From Halomicrobium mukohataei DSM 12286 (GTDB taxonomy: Archaea; Halobacteriota; Halobacteria; Halobacteriales; Haloarculaceae), in contig NC_013201.1 in the NCBI RefSeq assembly GCF_000023965.1, positions 60,001 to 92,000 of the forward strand: a DNA stretch of 32,000 bases, given 5' to 3'. Position numbers and translations under genes: made by a program. Positions 22,935 to 30,826 of the stretch are shown piece after piece; position 1 is the stretch's first letter; the number at the start of each line of letters is the position of its first letter. Under the pieces are notes generated by a model that had not been told where the DNA came from, did not search any database, and saw only the letters and a list, made by a program, of their open reading frames with translations.

Positions 22935-25757
22935 GTGAGCGACACCGACGAGGACGAAGTCCAACTCGACGAGGCCCGGGCGTTCCTCGCGACGCTGCCC
23001 GACGACCCGGCCGCCTACACCGAGGCCGACCGGTGGCGCATCGAGGAGTTGCTGCTGTCTGACAACCACGGCGTCGTCCACGTCACGGCGCAACTGGTCA
23101 GAGAGGCGACGGCACGGGACGCAGAGGCGATGGCACCGCTGGTACAACCGCTGATCGACGCGGTCGTCCACACCGACGGGCTCCGCCGTCCGGAACTGGT
23201 GGCCGCGATCGCGGAGTTCGATCGCACACGAGTCGCGGCGGCCGATCCCCAGTTCGACCGGACTCCGGTCGCGCGGGCCGACCCCGTCGGCCAGTACCAC
23301 CGAACGCTGGCCGACACCGAAAACGAGGAGCTCGTCCGCTCGAAACGGGCGGCAGCACTCGCGGCGATCTACGACCTCTTTCCCCAGGAAGTCCGGGACA
23401 CGGTCCCGACGCTGCTCGACTGTCTGGAACCGGCCGAGGACGATGTCGGCCTGCTCTGTGAGGCCGCCGGGAAGGCCCTGGGGACGATCGCGGGCAAAGA
23501 CGATCAGGTGCGCGCACGGGTCATAGAACGGTTCGAGCGCGAACTCGACCGCGGGTCGCTCCCGAACAAAGGCGTGGTGTACGGCGTGGGGAACCTCGTG
23601 ACTTGCCGCTCGGACGCGGGGTTGACGCTCGTCGAGCCGCTGGTCGAGGCGACGAACCGGGCCGGCGTCGACAGTGCCGCCCACGAGGCGGAGCGCTGGC
23701 ACGTCGTCAGCGCGCTCGAGACGATCGCAGAGGAGCGCCCGGCTCTTCTCGATCACCACACAGACCGGCTCACGCTGCTCCTGACCGACGACGAGACGAT
23801 GGTCCGGAAGCAGGCGATCGGCCTGTTCGAGACGCTCGGCGAGACGGAGCCGGCCGTCCTCGACCGCGTCGCCGACGACCTCGTTGCCGCCGCCGACGAT
23901 CCCGACCCGAAGATACGACGCGCGGTCGTGAGCGCTCTCGCGCCGCTGGAGTCGCGACTGGCCGAGGCGGCCGAACCTGCGGCCCGCGCGCACCTCGCGG
24001 CTCTGGAGTCGGCGGCGGATTTCCGGAAGAGCACGGTGCTGGGCGAGCTGGGCCGGCTGGCCGAGCACTGTCCGGACCTGGTCGTCGGCGGGCTGGTCGA
24101 GATCGTCGCCCACCTCGATCACCAGTCGTGGGGCGTCAGGTCGAGTGCAGCGTCCGCGCTCGGCAGGCTGGGTAGCGAACGGCCCGACGCCGTTCGCCCG
24201 CTGGTCGAGCGGGACGCGTCGGGACTGATCGCTTCGACCGGGTCGACGCCCCTCCTCGGTCTCCTCGACGACGAGCAGGACTCGGTCCGTGCGGACGCTG
24301 TCCACGCCCTCGGACGGATCGGCGCGGCCGATCGGGAACTGGCCGACGTCGTGTTTCCAGCCGTTCTCGGGGCCGTCGACGACGGTGACTCACACGTCGA
24401 GCAACGGGCGCTCCGGGCTTTCGGACGGATCGGCGCGGCCCATCCCGACGCGGTGACCGACGATCACGTCTCGACGCTCGTCACCAGCGTGGGGCACGTC
24501 AGCGAGACGGTCAGAGCGGCGGCGGCCGAGGCGATCGGCGCGCTCGCGGCGAGCGGTCTGGATCTGCGTGTCGCTCGCGATCCGCTCGTCGACCTGCTCG
24601 ACGACTACTATCCCCGTCCCCGCGTCGAAGCCTGCGAGTCGCTCGCGGCACTCGGCGCGGAGCCGGCGGCTGCACGGATCGCGCCACTCCGCACACACTA
24701 CGACGACGACGTTCGGGAGGCCGCCCAGGCGGCACTCGCGGCGCTCGACTACGACCCCGACGGTTCGCCCGAGTCGGACTCGAAGTCGTCGGCTGACGCG
24801 GGCTCCGGTTCGGAGCGCCCGGCGGGAGCACGGTCCGAGGCGACCGGTCGCCGGGTCCGCGACGACCGGTCTGAGACCACCAGCGAGGCCGCTTCGACGG
24901 CGATACCGACCGGCCAGCCGACACAGGCCCCGTCGCTGTCGCTGGACTACGGCGACGTGGAGACCGGTCGAGTCGTCGGCCGTGGCGGCAACGCAGTCGT
25001 CCGGGAGGGGACCGTCGAGATCGACGGGGAGTCGCGGACGGTCGCCGTCAAAGAGCCCGTCACCGAGGGGACACAGACGGCAGACGACATCGCCGCCTTC
25101 GAGCGCGAGGCGCGACAGTGGGACCGACTCTCGGACCGTGCTCACGTCGTCGGCGTCGTCGACTGGGACGTCGACCCCCTCCCCTGGATCGCCCTGGAGT
25201 ACATGGACGGGGGCTCGCTGGCGGCCAGAGTCGGCGAGTGTGACTACCGCCAGACGCTGTGGATCTGCGAGCGCGTCGCGAACGCGGTCCGACACGACCA
25301 GACCGGGATGGCACACCTCGATCTCAAACCCGCGAACATCCTCTTCGAGTCGACGCCCGACGGCGTCTGGGACGTGCCGAAGGTCGCCGACTGGGGAATC
25401 GCCCGACTGCTGAACGAGCACGGTGCGACTGCCGGCGGGATGACCGCGACGTACGCGGCACCGGAACAGTTCGACCCCGACACCTACGGGACGCCCGACA
25501 GCAGGACGGACATCTACCAGCTCGGGGTCGTCCTCTACGAGCTGCTCGTGGGCGAGCCGCCCTTTACCGGCTCCGACGTGGACGTGATGCAGAGCGTTCT
25601 GTCCGACGAGCCCGCACTGCCGGGCGAGCGAGTCGACGGTCTCCCGGACGGGATCGACGACACCGTCGAGACGGCCCTCGCGACGGACCCCGAGCGCCGC
25701 TTCGAGACGATCGAACGGATGCAGTCGCGGCTGGGAGCCCACCTCGACGAGCTGTAG
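22935..25757 (+). CDS. HEAT-repeat protein fused to C-terminal Hanks-type Ser/Thr kinase (K2)
   Basis: 940 aa with a GTG start. There are about 8 or more HEAT/PBS-lyase-like repeats (VRKQAIGLFETLG, IRRAVVSALAPL, VRSSAASALGRLG, VRADAVHALGRIG, VRAAAAEAIGAL...). Kinase motifs: VGRGGNAVV, VAVKEP, HLDLKPANILF, VADWGIA, YAAPEQ. Confidence 0.9.
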   Translation: MSDTDEDEVQLDEARAFLATLPDDPAAYTEADRWRIEELLLSDNHGVVHVTAQLVREATARDAEAMAPLVQPLIDAVVHTDGLRRPELVAAIAEFDRTRVAAADPQFDRTPVARADPVGQYHRTLADTENEELVRSKRAAALAAIYDLFPQEVRDTVPTLLDCLEPAEDDVGLLCEAAGKALGTIAGKDDQVRARVIERFERELDRGSLPNKGVVYGVGNLVTCRSDAGLTLVEPLVEATNRAGVDSAAHEAERWHVVSALETIAEERPALLDHHTDRLTLLLTDDETMVRKQAIGLFETLGETEPAVLDRVADDLVAAADDPDPKIRRAVVSALAPLESRLAEAAEPAARAHLAALESAADFRKSTVLGELGRLAEHCPDLVVGGLVEIVAHLDHQSWGVRSSAASALGRLGSERPDAVRPLVERDASGLIASTGSTPLLGLLDDEQDSVRADAVHALGRIGAADRELADVVFPAVLGAVDDGDSHVEQRALRAFGRIGAAHPDAVTDDHVSTLVTSVGHVSETVRAAAAEAIGALAASGLDLRVARDPLVDLLDDYYPRPRVEACESLAALGAEPAAARIAPLRTHYDDDVREAAQAALAALDYDPDGSPESDSKSSADAGSGSERPAGARSEATGRRVRDDRSETTSEAASTAIPTGQPTQAPSLSLDYGDVETGRVVGRGGNAVVREGTVEIDGESRTVAVKEPVTEGTQTADDIAAFEREARQWDRLSDRAHVVGVVDWDVDPLPWIALEYMDGGSLAARVGECDYRQTLWICERVANAVRHDQTGMAHLDLKPANILFESTPDGVWDVPKVADWGIARLLNEHGATAGGMTATYAAPEQFDPDTYGTPDSRTDIYQLGVVLYELLVGEPPFTGSDVDVMQSVLSDEPALPGERVDGLPDGIDDTVETALATDPERRFETIERMQSRLGAHLDEL

Positions 25758-25758
25758 C

Positions 25759-27225
25759 TTAGCGCTGTGCCCGGAGCTGGGACTGGAGGCGCTCGACGGT
25801 GCTGAACCGCTCCGCTGGCTGCTTTTCCAGCGCCTTCATCACGGCGTCGCTGACGGCCTGCGGGACGCGATCGTCGACCGCCGCCGGTGGCTCGGGCTCC
25901 TCGGTGAGGATCGCGTTCATCAGCGCGACGCCGTTGCCCTCGAAGGGCGGCCGGCCGGTCAGCACCTCGTACATGAGGACGCCGAGCTGGTAGATGTCCG
26001 TCTTGCTGCTGGGGTCGCCGAACTCGTCGGCGTCGAACTGCTCGGGGGCGGCGTAGGTCGGCGACATGCCCTCGACGGTCGGTTGGTGTTCCTTGAGCGT
26101 GCGTGCCAGCCCCCAGTCGGCGACCTTCGGTACGTCCCAGCTCCCCTCTCCGGTCCGGCGAAACAGGACGTTCTCGGGCTTGAGATCCAGGTGGAGGACG
26201 CCGGTCTGGTCGTGGCGGACTCCCTGCGCGATCCGTTCGCACGTCCAGACGGCCTGCTCGATGGAAAACTCCGAGAGCCGCTCGCGCAGCGTGCCGCCGT
26301 CCATGTACTCTATCGCGATCCAGGGCTTGGGCCGCGTCCCGCTGTCGACGACGCCGACGACGTGGTCTCGGGGCGACAGCAGCGACCACGTCTCCGCCTC
26401 CTGCTCGAAGCTCTCTACCACCGACGACGTGATCGTTCCCTCGAAGTTCGGTACCTTCAGCGCGACCGTCGTCGTCTCTCCGTTGACGCGGTACTGTGCC
26501 TCGTGGACGACGCCGCTGCCCCCGTGTCCGAGCTGCCCCTCGATCTCGAAGTCGGCGTACGCAAGCTCTTCTCGGGCCGGACTCTGAACGCTCGCCACGT
26601 CGGGCACCATCGAGGCCGTATCGACGTTCGTTGCGGTCGACGACTGCGTGTCGGCCGACGCCTCGGCGGCTGCCGTCGATTCGGTCTCCCCGGTGTTCTC
26701 GGCCGCCGATTCCGTCTCGGTCGCCGATTCCGTCTCGGCCGTCGACGCGGATTCGCTGCTCGCTTCGCCCGGCGACGAGTCGGCCGCCTGCCGTCCTTCC
26801 GTCTGTGCTGTTGCCCGGTCTGCTGTCCCTTTCGTCTGTCTCTCTCCTTCGAGGGCATCCGCTCCCGTCGCCTCGATCGACTGCCCCTCGTCCGAGCCGA
26901 AGGCGGCTGCACACGCCCGGAGTCCGGACTGAAGCTCCTCGACTCCGGCGTTCGCCGCTTCGATCGTCCCGACAACGTCACCGGTCGTCACCGCGCCCTC
27001 TGCGGTCGGCTCGATGAGGTTCTCCTCTTCCAGCACTCGCAGCGAGTATCGGAGCTCGTTGTGGGGGTGGTCCAGCACGTCGGCGAGATCGGTGATGCCC
27101 GCGGGCTCCCGTTCGAAGACGGTTCGGAGCACGGTCAGATTCCGCCCGGTGAGCTCGGCCTCGCTCTCGACCGTCTCGAACATCTCCGTGAGCGTCGGCG
27201 TCTCCTCCTCCTCGGAATCCGTCAT
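25759..27225 (-). CDS. Winged-helix (HTH) domain fused to Hanks-type Ser/Thr kinase (K3)
   Basis: An internal ATG of track ORF 25759..27345 gives MTDSEEEETPTLTEMFETVESEAELTGRNLTVLRTVFEREPAGITDLADVLDHPHNELRYSLRVLEEENLIEPT..., a wHTH-like domain. This is followed by an acidic T/E/S/A linker. Kinase motifs: LGHGGSGVV, VALKVP, HLDLKPENVLF, VADWGLA, YAAPEQ. A CTATTA box lies 25 nt upstream of the ATG. Confidence 0.85.
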   Translation of the reverse strand: MTDSEEEETPTLTEMFETVESEAELTGRNLTVLRTVFEREPAGITDLADVLDHPHNELRYSLRVLEEENLIEPTAEGAVTTGDVVGTIEAANAGVEELQSGLRACAAAFGSDEGQSIEATGADALEGERQTKGTADRATAQTEGRQAADSSPGEASSESASTAETESATETESAAENTGETESTAAAEASADTQSSTATNVDTASMVPDVASVQSPAREELAYADFEIEGQLGHGGSGVVHEAQYRVNGETTTVALKVPNFEGTITSSVVESFEQEAETWSLLSPRDHVVGVVDSGTRPKPWIAIEYMDGGTLRERLSEFSIEQAVWTCERIAQGVRHDQTGVLHLDLKPENVLFRRTGEGSWDVPKVADWGLARTLKEHQPTVEGMSPTYAAPEQFDADEFGDPSSKTDIYQLGVLMYEVLTGRPPFEGNGVALMNAILTEEPEPPAAVDDRVPQAVSDAVMKALEKQPAERFSTVERLQSQLRAQR

Positions 27226-27338
27226 TATCACAGCATCCGCGTGCCAAAAGTAATAGCTTGTCCCGCGTGTCTGGTGCCCGTTCGGGGTTTCGACGCGCCT
27301 CTTTCGACGGTGGTCCGTCGCGTTTCCGAGCTCAATTG

Positions 27339-27353
27339 TCTCCACTTTGGAGA
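27339..27353. promoter_or_regulatory. Palindromic motif TCTCCA-CTT-TGGAGA, copy 3 of 3
   Basis: Perfect 6+3+6 palindrome, extended to GTCTCCA/TGGAGAC. It lies in the divergent region between K3 (start 27225) and the small membrane-protein gene, 29 nt upstream of the TTTAT box at 27383-27387. Confidence 0.55.
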
Positions 27354-27408
27354 CTCAATATTACATCTCTAAAAGCCAAATCTTTATGTGTCTGGTGCCC
27401 GTCGGACG

Positions 27409-27714
27409 ATGTACTGGGAGCGATCCAACATGGCACTATCACTGTGGACGCTGGCGCTGGCACTGCTCGTCAACCTCGTACTCGGTGCGGTCCTCGTACT
27501 GGGCGTGTTCACGCTGATGGAGCAGCGCATCCTGCTGGGGGCCATCGCGGGGCTGGTCATCGGCGGCATCGTCGTCTACGCAGAGGCGACCGTCGGCGCA
27601 CAGCTGTTCTCGCTGACGTTCGAAGAGAAGCGACTGATCGTCGTCCTGGCGGGCATCGGCGCGGCGCTGGGAATCTCGGGGACGATGCTGACCATCGAAC
27701 CGGAGATCAACTGA
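27409..27714 (+). CDS. Small membrane protein (101 aa, about three TM helices)
   Basis: ATG at 27409, inside track ORF 27388..27714 and ~24 nt downstream of TTTAT. The sequence is MYWERSNMALSLWTLALALLVNLVLGAVLVLGVFTL...GIVVYAEAT...VVLAGIGAALGISG... Confidence 0.6.
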   Translation: MYWERSNMALSLWTLALALLVNLVLGAVLVLGVFTLMEQRILLGAIAGLVIGGIVVYAEATVGAQLFSLTFEEKRLIVVLAGIGAALGISGTMLTIEPEIN

Positions 27715-27793
27715 TACGGAAACTTGTAGTTGCGTACCGGTGAGCGTCTATCCCGTAGCGACACTCACCGGTAAATGCCTACAACCGTCCGTA
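27715..27793. mobile_element. 79-bp palindromic MITE-like element, copy 3, flanked by TGA direct repeats
   Basis: The element reads TACGGAAACTTGTAGTTGCGTACCGGTGAGCGTC, then a loop, then GACACTCACCGGTAAATGCCTACAACCGTCCGTA. TGA at 27712-27714 is the stop codon of the upstream gene, and TGA is repeated at 27794-27796. Confidence 0.7.
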
Positions 27794-27878
27794 TGACGCC
27801 GTCGGCCGTCACTGCCTCACGAAAACGTTCAACACCCGTTCCGACGTACTCTCTGAGAGATGGGGCTTCGCTGAGAGC

Positions 27879-30770
27879 ATGATTGTCGATGCACTGCAAC
27901 GGGCGTCTCGTCTCCGATCCAAAGCCGACTCCGAGCGCCACACCGTCGCTACAGACGAGATCGAGGAACTCACTGCACTGCTGGAGTATCGCCGACCGAC
28001 GGCTCCAGCGTCGCCCGCGGAATCGGCCGAGGCTCCTCTGGACGACGGGGACGTTCGCGCCGGGGCGGCTCTGGCACTTGCGGCCGTCGCTCGGGACCGA
28101 CCGGACGCCGTCGTTCCTGCCGTGGATGGTCTCAGACAGTGTCTCACCGACACCCATCCGGGTTTGCGTGGGAACGCCGCTCTCGCACTCGCTGCGGTCG
28201 CCGAGGCACGTCCCGAGGAGATCCGACCGGCGGTTCCCGGCCTCCGGACGCTCCTTTCCGAGGCGCGTACCGAGACACGCGCCACCGTGACGCCAGCGGA
28301 GTATCCCGAATCGATCCGGCCGCTGGTCGCGGAGCTCCGGTCGCTGCGAAACGACGAGCGTGACACGGCGCGTGCCGCCGGTGCCATCGCGCTCAAAAAC
28401 GTCGCGAGAGCCGCTCCCGGATCGGTCGTCACCGCCGTCGACGCTCTTCTGACACTCCTCGACGAGGAGAAAGCCGCGACGCGCACCGCGGCCGTCGAGG
28501 CGCTGAAAAACGTCGCCAGCGAACGACCGGCTGCGATCGAACCGGCCGTCGACGACCTGCAGACCTCACTCGACGACGACGACCGGCGCGTACGCGAAGC
28601 GGCCGAACGGACGCTTGCGATGCTCGACGGTGCGTCCACAGAGAGCGCCGCCGTCGAAGACGCCGGTCGGACCGAGCCGAACCGACAGCACCAACGAACC
28701 ACGACTATGGACTCTGCTCACCAACCGGATCTCGACGAGGGAGAAGAGACGCCGTCGATGTCGCTCGACCCGTCCGCACTGCGCCACGACGACGTCATCG
28801 GCCGCACCGCGACGACGGTCGTGCATCGGGTCCGTCACCCCGGCGAGGACGGGCCGGACGGCATCGCCGTGAAACACCCCGCTCGACACGGGACGCTGAC
28901 CGAGGAGACCATCGACGGGTTCGATCACGAGGCCCGGCAGTGGGCCGGCCTCGACGACCACCCGAACGTCGTCTCGGTGATCGACTGGGGGTACGACCCG
29001 CTCCCCTGGCTCCGCGGCGATGCGTCGGTACCCTGGATCGCCACGGAGGTCGTCGACGGACCGGACCTTCGCGCCGTCGCCGAGGACGCGACGGTCGAGC
29101 AGTCGCTCTGGACCGCACAGCGACTCGTCGACGCGGTCTGGCACGCCCACCACCGCGGCGTCGTCCACCTCGACCTGAAGCCGTCGAACGTCCTGTTTGC
29201 CCCCGGCGAGCGGTGGCCGATTCCGAAGGTCGCCGACTGGGAGCTCTCCCGCTCGCTGCTGGGCCAGGGGGCCGCCGTCGGCATCTCGACGCCCGGCTAC
29301 TGTGCGCCCGAACAGGACGGCCAGGGCACGACGGACCAGCGGACCGACCAGTTCCAGCTCGCGATCGTCCTCTACGAGCTGTTCACCGGGACGCATCCGT
29401 TCGTCGACGACCTCGCCGCCACCCCACAGCGAGAGCGCATCGAGCGCGTCCTCGACGCCGATCACAGGTCGCCCAGCGAGCGCCGTCCGGAGTTGCCGGC
29501 CGCTCTCGACGACGTGTTCGAGCGCGCACTGGCGCGGGACCCGGCCGATCGGTACGAGGCGACGATCGACCTCCGTCGCGCCCTGGAGCGGATCGCCGAG
29601 GAGTGGGAGTCGACGCCGGACGACCCGCAGAGCGCGACCGAGCCCGCGACGGCAGACCGCGACCCCACCCCGACGACCGACCACTCCGCGCCGGAACCGA
29701 CGAGTACGGACCGCTCGCGGCCGACGGCCGACGACCGCGACTGGCCGACCCTCCACGGGAGCGCGTCGCGCTCCGGCCCTCGACAGCGTGCGGTCGGCCC
29801 CTCGCCACCCGTCACCGAACGCTGGACGTTCCAGGCGGGCGATTCGATCAGGGGCGGCCCGACCGTCGTCGACGACACGCTGTACGTCGGGAGCGACGAT
29901 GCGGCCGTCTACGCACTGGCGACGGAGTCCGGTGCGACGCGGTGGACCTACGAGACCGACGATCCGGTCCAGTCGCCGGCGACCGTCGTCGACGGGACGG
30001 TGTACGTCGGCAGCCACGACAAGCGCGTGTACGCGCTGGACGCCGAGACCGGAGCCGAGCGGTGGGTGGCCGAAACGGACGGGATGGTCGACGCTGCGCC
30101 CGCGGTGGTCGACGGGACGGTGTACGTCGGCAGCTACGACAAGCACGTGTACGCGCTGGACGCCGCGACCGGGGCCGAGCGGTGGGTCGTCGAGACCGAC
30201 GGCAAGACCGGCGCGGTCCCCACCGTCGTCGACGGGACGGTGTACGCCTCCTGTGGAACCGGCGTCCTCGCCGCGCTGGACGCCGACTCCGGCGAGCGCC
30301 TGTGGCGCTACCCCACCGGTGGACCGGCGATGTCGACGCCAGCGGTCTCTGACGGCGTCCTCTACGCGGGCACCAACGACGGGCGCGTCGTGGCACTCGA
30401 CGCCGACACGGGCACCGAGCGCTGGACGTTCGACGCCGGTGGGAACGGCCGGTCGGCACCGGCGATCTGCGGTGACACCGTGTACGCGGGCAGCATCGAC
30501 GGCTACGTTCTCGCGATCGACGCGGACAGCGGCACCGAACGCTGGCGCTACGACACGGCGGGACAGATCAACGGTGCGCCGGTCGCCGCCGACGACACGC
30601 TCCTGGTCGGGAGCTGGGACGAGTGTCTGTACGCGCTGGACGCCGCGACCGGCGACGAGCGGTGGCACTACCGGACCGGCAGTCTCATCGACGGATCGCC
30701 GGCAGTGGCAGACGGGACGGCGTACGTCGCCACGCACGACGGCGTCGTGTCCGCGCTCGGCGAGGAGTGA
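27879..30770 (+). CDS. HEAT repeats + kinase-like domain + 8-blade PQQ-type beta-propeller (K4)
   Basis: 963 aa. N-terminal HEAT repeats (LRGNAALALAAV, ARAAGAIALKNV, TRTAAVEALKNV, VREAAERTLAML). Kinase core: IAVKHP, HLDLKPSNVLF, YCAPEQ, but a degenerate Gly loop (IGRTATTVV) and DWE in place of DFG/DWG. Eight repeats of the ...G(T)VYVGS.D..VYALDA.TG.ERW type follow. Confidence 0.9.
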   Translation: MIVDALQRASRLRSKADSERHTVATDEIEELTALLEYRRPTAPASPAESAEAPLDDGDVRAGAALALAAVARDRPDAVVPAVDGLRQCLTDTHPGLRGNAALALAAVAEARPEEIRPAVPGLRTLLSEARTETRATVTPAEYPESIRPLVAELRSLRNDERDTARAAGAIALKNVARAAPGSVVTAVDALLTLLDEEKAATRTAAVEALKNVASERPAAIEPAVDDLQTSLDDDDRRVREAAERTLAMLDGASTESAAVEDAGRTEPNRQHQRTTTMDSAHQPDLDEGEETPSMSLDPSALRHDDVIGRTATTVVHRVRHPGEDGPDGIAVKHPARHGTLTEETIDGFDHEARQWAGLDDHPNVVSVIDWGYDPLPWLRGDASVPWIATEVVDGPDLRAVAEDATVEQSLWTAQRLVDAVWHAHHRGVVHLDLKPSNVLFAPGERWPIPKVADWELSRSLLGQGAAVGISTPGYCAPEQDGQGTTDQRTDQFQLAIVLYELFTGTHPFVDDLAATPQRERIERVLDADHRSPSERRPELPAALDDVFERALARDPADRYEATIDLRRALERIAEEWESTPDDPQSATEPATADRDPTPTTDHSAPEPTSTDRSRPTADDRDWPTLHGSASRSGPRQRAVGPSPPVTERWTFQAGDSIRGGPTVVDDTLYVGSDDAAVYALATESGATRWTYETDDPVQSPATVVDGTVYVGSHDKRVYALDAETGAERWVAETDGMVDAAPAVVDGTVYVGSYDKHVYALDAATGAERWVVETDGKTGAVPTVVDGTVYASCGTGVLAALDADSGERLWRYPTGGPAMSTPAVSDGVLYAGTNDGRVVALDADTGTERWTFDAGGNGRSAPAICGDTVYAGSIDGYVLAIDADSGTERWRYDTAGQINGAPVAADDTLLVGSWDECLYALDAATGDERWHYRTGSLIDGSPAVADGTAYVATHDGVVSALGEE
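29985..30224 (+). repeat. Two tandem 120-bp units (adjacent propeller blades) with near-identical first ~85 nt
   Basis: Comparing lines 30001-30060 and 30121-30180 gives 4 mismatches in 60 nt. Other blades are far more divergent at the DNA level. Confidence 0.7.
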
Positions 30771-30826
30771 ACCACGGTCGCTGTCGTCGCCAAGCTTGAT
30801 GTAGCTCTCTGGCCAACACCTGGCCA

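Noticed and set aside
26705-26740. Tandem 2 x 18-bp repeat (gccgattccgtctcgg[t/c]c) inside K3.
   Set aside because: It encodes part of the acidic T/E/S/A linker (ETESATETESA). This is ordinary low-complexity slippage, not a regulatory repeat.
27226-27345. N-terminal extensions given by the ORF track for several genes. This one is K3. Others are 7407..7505, 11538..11624, 13497..13646, 16251..16544, 16594..16752, 16617..16754 and 20253..20453.
   Set aside because: The extensions are Arg-rich and non-acidic, and often begin at GTG/TTG. In each case an internal ATG is preceded at ~25 nt by a TATA-like box, or gives a family-typical N-terminus.
9164-27793. Whether the three 79-bp repeats could be a CRISPR array or part of one.
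   Set aside because: The copies are 8-10 kb apart, internally palindromic over their whole length and only ~70-75 percent identical. No cas genes are present. They fit a dispersed MITE/REP-like family, not CRISPR.
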